This document shows positions 20,477-28,836 of a DNA stretch of 64,000 nucleotides, in pieces. The stretch is from Nannocystaceae bacterium (lineage in GTDB: Bacteria; Myxococcota_A; Polyangia; Nannocystales; Nannocystaceae): NCBI GenBank assembly GCA_046351635.1, contig JAXLYC010000019.1, positions 46,035-110,034 of the forward strand, read 5' to 3'. The notes beneath the pieces were generated by a model that saw nothing but the letters and a program-made list of their open reading frames with translations, was not told the origin of the DNA and ran no database searches. Both the position numbers and the translations under genes were made by a program. How positions within the stretch are numbered: position 1 is the first letter of the stretch; each line of letters opens with the position of its first letter.

Positions 20477-20675
20477 GGGCGCGGATGCTAGCAGTCCGCG
20501 CGAGGTGGGCCGGGTCGGCATGGAGGCTTCGAAACCTGCCGCAGCCGTGCGGTTTCGCGGCGCCGGCCGCCGCGGTGCCGCGGGCATGGCGACCTGCCGA
20601 CCAGCGTGGCGCCGGGTGCCTCCGGCCGCCGGCAGTGGACAGCATCGCCCGGCAGTGCTCCGATGGACGGCGGCG

Positions 20676-21256
20676 ATGCTGGACGCGTCGGAGATCGATC
20701 GGCCCAAGGGCGAGCCGCGGATCCGCGGCGCGATCCTCCTCAACAACCTCGTGGGCTTCGAGGACGTCGTCGGCGCCGACGTGGTCCGGCGCGCCCTGGC
20801 CGGGCTGCCGCCCGAGCTGGTGCACGAGGCCAGCACGGTGGTGCCGGTGGCGTGGGTCCGCGCCGATCTGGTCGACTCGCTGTTCGCCGCGAGTGCGCAC
20901 GCGGCCAAGCGCGAGCCCGAGGAGCTGTTCCCCGAAGCGATCGAGCGCGGGGTCTACCGCACGCTGCACACGGTGTGGCGCGCGCTCATGCACCTGTCGA
21001 GCGACGCGGCCATCGTCATGCGCACCCCGGCGTTGTTCGCCCGCACCTACTCGTGCGGGCGGCTCAAGCGCGCTTCCTCGGCGACGGCGCCGCGGAGGCC
21101 GAGCTGTTCGAGTGGCCGGGGGTCTCGCGCTTCCGCATGCTCGCGATCGCGGCGGGCGTGCGCGCGGTGCTGCGGGTCGCGGGCCGCGACGAGGTCGTGG
21201 TCCGCAGCGAACGCACCGCCGACGGCGCCCGCTTCCGCGCCAGCTGGAAGCGCTGA
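20676..21256 (+). CDS. Hypothetical protein, tentatively of the Myxococcales-restricted DUF2378/TIGR02265-like family; apparent frameshift near 21045–21070
   Basis: ATG 20676 gives MLDASEIDRPKGEPRIRGAILLNNLVGFEDVVGADVV…ARTYSCG in frame 0. It continues as …ARFLGDGAAEAELFEWPGVSRFRMLAIAAGVRAVLRVAGRDEVVVRSERTADGARFRASWKR* in frame 2 (ORF 20606..21256). Confidence 0.5.
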
Positions 21257-21274
21257 GCCGCGGACATGGGCGGC

Positions 21275-23129
21275 TCACGGCCGCGCGCGCGCGAGGTGCT
21301 CGGGCACGATCGCAGCGGCGGGCGAGAGCACTTCGTTGGCGAAGCGGTAGCCGTCGTGCTCGGGGTCCGCGTAGTAGGTCGGCCGTCGTCGCGACGTAGA
21401 ACAGCATCTTGTTGCCGCTCGAGAACGCGGGAAAGTACGCCGTGATGCGCTCGTGGTGGCCGTCGTCGGCGACGTACTCGATGTCGGTGGTGAACGGCTG
21501 CGCTGCGGTCGTGCCGAAGGTGTGGCCGACCATCAGGTGCGCGCCGGGGTAGCTCGCGCCGGGGTAGTCGTACGGCCAATCGTTGCCGCCCAGCAGGAAC
21601 ACGCCTTGGCAGTTGTTCCAGCCGTCTTGCGTCTGCGCACAGAAGTACTGCGTGCGGTCGAGCGCGGCGCTGCGCGTGACCCCGACGACGTCGCGCAGTC
21701 GCAGCGGCGCGTCCTCGTCGGCGCAGCGCAGGCGCGCGGCGTAGATCTCGGTGCCGCCGACGGACGCACCCAGCTCCGAGCTGCCGGCCCAGCCACCGAT
21801 GGCGAAGAGGTCGTCGTCGTCGGTGACCACGACGTCGCGCAGGCGGCTGTAGCCCGGCCCGCTCGCGATCGCATCGAGCGCCAGCACCTCGCCGTCGCTG
21901 CCGATGAACGCCAGCGCATCGTCGTAGCTGCCCGCGCTCGCGCGATGCAGCGTCCCCACCGCGGTCTCGCCGTCGTACGCGAAGCCGACGATGGTGGTGC
22001 CACGGCCGTCGATGTCGAGCGACTCGGGCAGTTCGTCCGACGCGCCGCCGAGCGCCTCCACGTCGAGCAGCTGGCCGGTGGGATCGTAGTGCGCGAGCAG
22101 CAGATCGCCGGCACCCTGGGCGGCGAGCCCATGGCCAGCCATCGTCACGCTGCCGCTGAAGTGGCCCAGCGCCGCGAGCTCGCCCTGCGGCCCCTCCGCG
22201 ACCAGCGACAGCGCCGGATCGACCGCCGCGTTGCCGGTGTGCCACAGCAGCGTGCCGGTGCCGGCGTCGAAGCGGGCGAGGGTCGCGCGGCCGCCGTTGC
22301 CGTCGGCGATCGATCCGACCGCGACGAGGGTGTGATCGTGGCCCAGCCGCAGATCGCGGATCTCCGACGGCGACGTGACCTGCCACAGCTGCGTGCCGTC
22401 GGCGGCGAAGTGGATCAGCTGGGTCTCGCTGCCGCCGGTGGCGATGATCAGCCGGCGCACGCCGATGGTGATCTCGCCGGCGTCGTCGACCACGAGCCCG
22501 CTGTAGTAGTCCGAGCTGTCGGTGCCGCCGAGCTGGCGCGTCCACAGCACCTGGCCGTCCTCGTCGAGCACGCCGAGGAACACGTCGCCGACGACGACGT
22601 GCTGCGGATCGGGCGGCGGCAGCATCGGCGTGAACACGTCGCCGAGGGTCGTGCCGGCGCCGCCGCTGCTGGCCACCGCGATGATGCCGCCGCCGGCCGC
22701 GAGCGAGCCGCGGTTGTTGACGTCGCTGTCGACCATCTCGATCGCCCACAGGAACTGGCCCGAGGCGTCCAGCCGCGTGATCACGCCGGGGTAGAACAGA
22801 AACGGCACGGTCGGCAGGCTCAGGCTGCCGAAGGTCCCGCTCGCGCCGTTGCCGAGGAATCGTCCCAGCATCGCGATGCCGCCGTCGTCGAGTGCGGCCC
22901 CGGCCACGCCGGTCTCGCGTGGCTGGCCCGCGAACGCGATCGAGGAACCGCCGTGTTGCGACCAGCTCCGCACCGGCGTGCACGCAGGCGCCCCCGGCTC
23001 GACGCGATCGTCCTCGGTGCCCGGACCGAGATCGCGCGGCGCGGCCGCGCTGTCGCAGCCCGACGCCATCGCTGCCAACGCGAGCGCCCACGCGCGCGTC
23101 CGAGGTTCGTGCCCGTTTCGGTCTTGCAT
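21275..23129 (-). CDS. Lipoprotein with PQQ-like β-propeller repeats; apparent 1-nt frameshift near 21375–21383 before the last ~33 codons
   Basis: ATG 23129 gives MQDRNGHEPRTRAWALALAAMASGC. Repeats include GQFLWAIEM, GQVLWTRQLGG, GTQLWQVTS and GTLLWHTGN. The main frame reads through to 20040 with junk. The adjacent frame gives a natural C-terminus …(D)YYADPEHDGYRFANEVLSPAAAIVPEHLARARP* with its stop at 21275–21277, convergent with the gene ending at 21256. Confidence 0.65.
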
Positions 23130-23253
23130 GGTGCCGCCTTCGCGCGGCCGCGCTCGCGGCCTGCGAGCTGTCAGTAACGCCGGGCGGAACGCGGTTCGGC
23201 GCGCGCCGCTTCTGAGCGCGGGCCCCGCCGGAAGACCTGCTAGCCTGCGCCGC

Positions 23254-24327
23254 GTGAACGAGCGTCGTGGTGGCTGGCTGTTGGGAGTGTTGGCGTTGTG
23301 CGCATGCCCGGGCGGGGACGACGGCTCGACCGCCGGCGACACCGGCAGCAGCAGCGGTGGCAGCTCGCAGACCACCGCCTCGACGACCGCGACCACCGAC
23401 GACGCGACCTCGATCTCCACCAGCGAGTCGAACACCACCGCGACCACCACGGTCGGCAGCACCGGCGACGCCAGCAGCACCAGTGCCGACGGCAGCGGCA
23501 GCGACAGCGGCACCGGTGACGGCAGCACCGGCGGTGGCGTCGACGCGAACGGCTGCCCCGCGAACGCGCCCGACTCGTGGGTGATGTGCGAGGACTTCGA
23601 GGCCATCGACGACCCCGAGACACAGCTGTCGCAGTGGAACGTCGCCGGCGACGCCTTCGGCGTCGAGGGCGAGCTCGGCGACGCCGGCGATCGTGCGCTG
23701 CGGGTCACGCTCACGCCCCACCTGATGTTCGGCGGCTGGGTCACGCTGCGCTTCGGCGACGGACCCGACGCGCCTGCGATCGACTCGCCCGACGGCCACT
23801 TCGACGAGGTGTGGGTGCGCTACAGCCTGCGCACGGGCGACGACTGGCCCGGCTACCCCATCGGCGACGTCGGCGAGGTCATCGCGATGAACGGCGCCAA
23901 CTGGGGCATCGCGGCGGACCTCAACCTGCGCGCCGAGGCGCCGATGCGATTGCATCCGCTGGTGTGGAGCTGCGTGTTCGGGGGCAACCTCGCCTGCGAC
24001 GGCAACAACGACTGGGCCGGCACGTTGCAGAACATCTGGGGTCAGGAGGGCGACACGGTGCTGTTCGACGACAACAGCGCCGGCGTGCAGCGCTGCGTGG
24101 TCGCGCACATGCGGCTCAACACCGTGGGCCAGTCGGACGGCGAGGTCGACGTCGTGGTCGACGGCGTGCAGGAGATCGCAGGCAGCGGCCTCGATCTGCG
24201 CGGCACCTGGGACGACTACGGCATCAACGCCGTGCGCTTCACCAACTACACCAATCCGCCGGCGCAGCCGCTCGACTTCTGGGTCGACGACGTCGTGGTC
24301 GCGACCGAAGCGCTGCAGTGCCCGTGA
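23254..24327 (+). CDS. Secreted protein / lipoprotein with Ser/Thr-rich linker and C-terminal globular domain (hypothetical)
   Basis: GTG 23254 gives VNERRGGWLLGVLALCACPGG. A T/S-rich low-complexity linker follows, and the protein ends …FWVDDVVVATEALQCP*. It is divergent from the 23129 gene. Confidence 0.6.
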   Translation: MNERRGGWLLGVLALCACPGGDDGSTAGDTGSSSGGSSQTTASTTATTDDATSISTSESNTTATTTVGSTGDASSTSADGSGSDSGTGDGSTGGGVDANGCPANAPDSWVMCEDFEAIDDPETQLSQWNVAGDAFGVEGELGDAGDRALRVTLTPHLMFGGWVTLRFGDGPDAPAIDSPDGHFDEVWVRYSLRTGDDWPGYPIGDVGEVIAMNGANWGIAADLNLRAEAPMRLHPLVWSCVFGGNLACDGNNDWAGTLQNIWGQEGDTVLFDDNSAGVQRCVVAHMRLNTVGQSDGEVDVVVDGVQEIAGSGLDLRGTWDDYGINAVRFTNYTNPPAQPLDFWVDDVVVATEALQCP

Positions 24328-24342
24328 GCCGCGGCCGCGGGC

Positions 24343-24774
24343 TCACCGCGTCGCCGCGCGCTTGGCCCGGACGCCGGCGACGGCCGCCGCGACCACGCTC
24401 CACACGAACATCGCGGCGAGGATGATCGAGAGCGCCCACAGCCACAGCGCGTGCAGCACGACGACGCCGCCGGCGTGCATCGACATCATGGTCGAGAGCA
24501 GGGTCCAAGGTCCGAGCAAGAGCGACGCGACCAGCGGCCGGGCCCACGAGCGGCGGTAGGACCACGGCCGCAGCATCGCGTAGAGGATCGCGAACTCGAT
24601 CGCGAGCGCCACGAGGCCTTGCAGCAGCGCCCCCTCGTGATTGCCGTGCTCACGCACGACCGTGGGCGGCCCGGGATCGCGGTACCAATCCCGCACCATC
24701 GCAGCGGCCGTCGCCGCGGTCAGCAGCGGCAACCACAACAGGTGGATCGTGCGCAGCGGTGACCGGCGGCTCAC
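24343..24774 (-). CDS. Small integral membrane protein (4 predicted TM helices), hypothetical
   Basis: GTG 24774 overlaps the TGA of fhs (GTGA). The protein has helices IHLLWLPLLTAATAAAMV, LVALAIEFAILYAML, LVASLLLGPWTLLSTMM and VVVLHALWLWALSIILAAMFVWSVV. Confidence 0.55.
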   Translation of the reverse strand: MSRRSPLRTIHLLWLPLLTAATAAAMVRDWYRDPGPPTVVREHGNHEGALLQGLVALAIEFAILYAMLRPWSYRRSWARPLVASLLLGPWTLLSTMMSMHAGGVVVLHALWLWALSIILAAMFVWSVVAAAVAGVRAKRAATR

Positions 24775-26405
24775 GACAGCCCGACGATGGTGCCGTCCTG
24801 GAGGTCGATCTTCGCCGCGGCCGGGACCTTGGGCAGACCCGGCATGCGCATGAGCTCGCCGGTCAGCACGACGATGAAGCCGGCGCCGGCGTTGATCTGC
24901 AGCCCGCGCACGGTGATCTCGAAGTCGCGCGGACGGCCGCGCAGCTTGGGATCGTCCGACAGCGAGTTCTGGGTCTTGGCCACGCAGATCGGCAGGTTGC
25001 CGTAGCCGAGCTTGTCGATGTCCTTGAGGTCGCGCTCGGCCGACTTGGTGAAGGCCACGCCGCGCGCACCGTACATCGCCCGGGCCACGGCCTCGATCTT
25101 GGCCGGGATGGACGCCTCGAGCGGATACAGCGGCTCGAAGCGAGCGCCGCCCTTGTCGACCGCGGCGATGACCTGGCGACCGAGCTCGAGCGCCCCCTCG
25201 CCGCCGCGACCGAAGTGCTCGCACACCGCCACGCCCACGCCACGCTTGGCGCAGGCCTCGGCGACCACGGCGAGTTCCTCGTCGGTGTCGCTGCCGAAGC
25301 GGTTGAGCGCGACCACGGCGGGCTTGCCGAAGCGCGCGACGCTCTCGAGGTGCTTCTCGAGGTTGGGCAGGCCCGCGGCCACGCCCGCGGGATCGGGCCT
25401 GTTGATCGCGTCGAGCGCGACGCCACCGTGCATCTTGAGCGCGCGCGCGGTCGCGACCAGCACGACCGCGTCGGGATCGAAGCCGGCGCTGCGGCACTTG
25501 ATGTCGAAGAACTTCTCCGCGCCCAGGTCGAAGCCGAAGCCAGCCTCGGTCACGACCCAGTCCGCCAGCTTGAGCCCGGTGCGCGTGGCGATGACGCTGT
25601 TGCAGCCGTGCGCGATGTTGGCGAAGGGCCCGCCGTGCACGATCGCCGGGGTGCCCTGCTCGGTCTGCACGAGGTTGGGCAGCAGCGCGTCGCGCAGCAG
25701 CGCCAGCATCGCGCCGGTGACCCCGAGCGCGCCGGCGGTGACGGGTGCGCCGCTGCGATCGAAGCCGACCAGGGTACGATCGATGCGGCGGCGCAGATCG
25801 TCGGCGTCGTCGGCCAGGCACAGCATCGCCATCAGCTCCGACGCGGCGGTGATGTCGAAGCCGGCCTCGCGCGGGGTCCCGTTGGTCTCGCCGCCCAGGC
25901 CCACGACGATGTTGCGCAGGCTGCGATCGTTCATGTCGATCACGCGGCGCCACAGCACCCGACGCGCGTCGAGCCCCGGCGCGGTGCCGAAGTGCACGCA
26001 ATTGTCGATCGCCGCCGCCAGCAGGTTGTGCGCGCTGGTGATCGCGTGAAAGTCACCGTTGAAGTGCAGGTTGATGTCATCCGAGGGCGAGAGCCGACTG
26101 CGACCACCGCCGGTGCCGCCGCCCTTGACGCCGAAGCACGGCCCCAACGATGGCTCGCGCAGCACCGCGGTCGCGCGGTGCCCCAGCAGCGTCAGCGCAT
26201 CGGACAGCCCGATCGACGTCGTGGTCTTGCCCTCGCCCGCCGGCGTCGGCGTGATCGCGGAGACCAGCACCAACTTCGCCGGCGTCGCGCTCGCGCGCGG
26301 CCGCGTCAACACGGCGCGGTCGATCTTGGCCTTGTCGCGGCCAAACGGGATCAGATCGTCGGACGACAGGCCCAGGCGCGAAGCGACATCGAGCAGCGGC
26401 AGCAT
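24771..26405 (-). CDS. fhs: Formate–tetrahydrofolate ligase (formyltetrahydrofolate synthetase)
   Basis: ATG 26405 gives MLPLLDVASRLGLSSDDLIPFGRDKAKI. Conserved motifs include TPAGEGKTTTSIGL and the P-loop-like region. The product is 544 aa. Confidence 0.95.
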   Translation of the reverse strand: MLPLLDVASRLGLSSDDLIPFGRDKAKIDRAVLTRPRASATPAKLVLVSAITPTPAGEGKTTTSIGLSDALTLLGHRATAVLREPSLGPCFGVKGGGTGGGRSRLSPSDDINLHFNGDFHAITSAHNLLAAAIDNCVHFGTAPGLDARRVLWRRVIDMNDRSLRNIVVGLGGETNGTPREAGFDITAASELMAMLCLADDADDLRRRIDRTLVGFDRSGAPVTAGALGVTGAMLALLRDALLPNLVQTEQGTPAIVHGGPFANIAHGCNSVIATRTGLKLADWVVTEAGFGFDLGAEKFFDIKCRSAGFDPDAVVLVATARALKMHGGVALDAINRPDPAGVAAGLPNLEKHLESVARFGKPAVVALNRFGSDTDEELAVVAEACAKRGVGVAVCEHFGRGGEGALELGRQVIAAVDKGGARFEPLYPLEASIPAKIEAVARAMYGARGVAFTKSAERDLKDIDKLGYGNLPICVAKTQNSLSDDPKLRGRPRDFEITVRGLQINAGAGFIVVLTGELMRMPGLPKVPAAAKIDLQDGTIVGLS

Positions 26406-26581
26406 CGCGCACGACCGTACCCGCCTTCGCGCGCGAGGTGAACCACGGGCGGCGCAAGCCGGCCGCCGACGCCCCGCGCGCCGCCGCGGCACCATCGCGG
26501 CCGTGCGCGGCCGGGGGCGGGTGTGCCAGCCGCCGCGGCCGCGCGACGATCGGCCCCCCCGACGGTGTGTACGATCGCCCG

Positions 26582-27952
26582 ATGGTCGACGTGCTACAGG
26601 AGTTTCGCCGCGCGTTGTGGTTCGCGGCCGCGGGCTCGCTCGCGTGCGGGCCCACGGTGGTCGCCCCGGGCGGCGATGCGGGAGCAGACGGGAGCTCGTC
26701 TTCCGGGCTCGGCACCGACACCGCCGCGTCGCACTCGAGCAGTGCCGACGCGAGCGCCACGACGGCGACCGCAACGAGCGCGGCCGGCACGGACTCGCTC
26801 GATGGCGGCTCGACCGACGCGCCGATCAAGTTCGACCTCGGCGCCCCCGACAGCGGTGTGCCGCCCGAGTGCGTTCCGACCGTGACGCCGCGCGAACCGT
26901 GCGAGGTGCCGCCACCGCCGGACGCCATCGACGTGCGACTGCTGTGCGTCTCGCCGGCAGTCGAGTGCGCGACGTGGGCCGCTGCCTTCGACCCGGGCAA
27001 CCTCGACCCGGCGGCGCAGGCCGTCGTGCCCTGCATCGACGGCGGCGACGGCAGCTGTGGTGGCGGCACCCTCGGACCGATCCTGTGTGGGCCCTACGAA
27101 GGCGACGACACCTGTTGCTTCTGGTTCGCGATCGAAGACACGCAGATCTGTCCTGGCCGCCCGTTCACGATCGCAGGTACGGCCCGACGTGCGACTGCCC
27201 GCGCGAACGCGGCGTGGCTCGCCGCCGAGCCGAGCGTGACCGTGGGCTCGCGCGACGCCGACGCGATCGCGGCGGCCTGGACCGAGGCAGCGCTCTTCGA
27301 GCACGCGTCGGTCGCCTCGTTCGCCCGCGCGGTGCTGCATCTACTCGCGGTCGCCGCCCCCGCCGAGCTGGTCGCGGCGACCCAGCGCTCGTTGTCGGAG
27401 GAGATCGGGCACGCGCGCAGCCTGTTCTCGCTCGCCTCGCGCTGGGCCGGCCACGCCGTGGGACCCGGGCCGCTCGACGTCGACGGCGCCCTGGCGGACG
27501 TCGCCACGCTCGCGCAACTGGTCATCGCCACGGTCGAAGAGGGTTGCATCGCGGAGACGGTCTCCGCGTGGCAGCTCTACGTCGCGGCGGAACGTGCGGC
27601 GGATCCCGAGGTCCGCACGATGCTCCACCGCATCGCGCGAGAAGAGGTCGAGCACGCCGCGCTCGCGTGGCGCGTACTCGCGTGGGCGCTGCCGCAGGTC
27701 GAGCTCGAGACCCGGTGTGCGATCCAGCAGCGCTTCGCCGAGCCGCATCGGTACATCGCGCGCGGCCCACGGCTCGCGTCCGGTGTGAGCGACGAGACCT
27801 GGCGCGGCGCCGGCCTGCTGCCGGCGTGCGAGCGCGAAGCGGCGGCACGCAACGCGATCCATGCGCTGGTGTTGCCGACCGCGGCGATGGTGCTGACCGG
27901 CGCAGCGCCGGCGTTCGCCGACGATGCGGCGAGCGCGACCGTCACGGCCTAG
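26582..27952 (+). CDS. Lipoprotein with Cys-rich N-terminal region and C-terminal ferritin-like (diiron, two E-x-x-H) domain
   Basis: ATG 26582 gives MVDVLQEFRRALWFAAAGSLAC. The C-terminal domain contains SLSEEIGHARSLF and IAREEVEHAALAW, consistent with a ferritin-like/rubrerythrin-type four-helix bundle. Confidence 0.65.
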   Translation: MVDVLQEFRRALWFAAAGSLACGPTVVAPGGDAGADGSSSSGLGTDTAASHSSSADASATTATATSAAGTDSLDGGSTDAPIKFDLGAPDSGVPPECVPTVTPREPCEVPPPPDAIDVRLLCVSPAVECATWAAAFDPGNLDPAAQAVVPCIDGGDGSCGGGTLGPILCGPYEGDDTCCFWFAIEDTQICPGRPFTIAGTARRATARANAAWLAAEPSVTVGSRDADAIAAAWTEAALFEHASVASFARAVLHLLAVAAPAELVAATQRSLSEEIGHARSLFSLASRWAGHAVGPGPLDVDGALADVATLAQLVIATVEEGCIAETVSAWQLYVAAERAADPEVRTMLHRIAREEVEHAALAWRVLAWALPQVELETRCAIQQRFAEPHRYIARGPRLASGVSDETWRGAGLLPACEREAAARNAIHALVLPTAAMVLTGAAPAFADDAASATVTA

Positions 27953-28001
27953 CGGGGGCCGCGGCGGAGGCGGCCGCGCGGGGCACCGACGCCAGGGCGA
28001 A

Positions 28002-28781
28002 TCACCCCGCGCCGGGCCACAGCGTGTCTCGGTGCCGCAGCGCGCAGCAGTCGCGCCCGGCGCGGCCGCTGGGGCCGAGCACGGACTCGGGCGCCTGCCG
28101 GGCGCCGAGCGCCACGAGCATCCGGGCCGCAAGGTGCCACGCCCCGGTGCGGTCGAGCCACGGGTCGAGCCAGCCGTTGGTGATCGAGAAGTGCACGTCG
28201 TGCGGCGCGCGATGATGCACCGCGTGGTGCTCGGGCCGCAGGAGCAGGCCGCTGCGCTGCAGTGCGCGGATGATCGGGTGACACGGCCGACGCGCATGGG
28301 CAAAGCGGTGGATCTGGTTGGTGAAGGCGCCGAAGACCAGGAACACGACCCCGGTCGACGTCGCGGCCAGACCCCAGCGGGTCGTGTCGGTCGGCACCCA
28401 CAGCGCGAGCACCAGCAGGATCGGCGTGCACAACGTGATCGCGGGCGCGTTGAGCTCGCGGAAGCTCAGCGTGCAGATGATGCCGGGATGCTCGTGGTGC
28501 TGACGGAAGCGGAACACGAACGCGGGCCCGAGCAGTGGCGTCTTCTCGTCGCCGAAGTTGTCGGCGACAACGTGCAGGAAGCCCGTGGCCAGCGCTGCGC
28601 CGACGACACCGAGCGGCCATAGCAGCACCACCCAAGCGGTGGCGACACCGAAGCGGGCGAAGCCCGCGATGACGTCGATCGTCGCGGCGAGCAGCGCGAG
28701 CGGGAACACCGTCATCGCAACGAGCTCGACGGTGGACATCAGGACGTGAAAACGCCGCGTGCGCGGATGGACCTGCGCCAT
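28002..28781 (-). CDS. Integral membrane histidine-box protein, tentatively CarF/TMEM189 (Kua-domain plasmanylethanolamine-desaturase-like) family
   Basis: ATG 28781 gives MAQVHPRTRRFHVLMSTVELVAMTVFPLALL. TM helices are followed by His clusters FRQHHEHP, IHRFAHARRPCHP and PEHHAVHHRAPHD. Confidence 0.55.
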   Translation of the reverse strand: MAQVHPRTRRFHVLMSTVELVAMTVFPLALLAATIDVIAGFARFGVATAWVVLLWPLGVVGAALATGFLHVVADNFGDEKTPLLGPAFVFRFRQHHEHPGIICTLSFRELNAPAITLCTPILLVLALWVPTDTTRWGLAATSTGVVFLVFGAFTNQIHRFAHARRPCHPIIRALQRSGLLLRPEHHAVHHRAPHDVHFSITNGWLDPWLDRTGAWHLAARMLVALGARQAPESVLGPSGRAGRDCCALRHRDTLWPGAG

Positions 28782-28836
28782 CGACGGGATCAGTCTATCC
28801 CACGGTCGATTGCGCAGGCCAGCCGCACGCCGGGGC

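Noticed and set aside
21064-24108. 1014-aa minus-strand ORF (and the 20040..23744 1234-aa extension)
   Set aside because: Only the 21275..23129 segment in one frame is protein-like (PQQ lipoprotein). The remainder is Arg/Pro/Ala low-complexity read-through across neighbouring genes.
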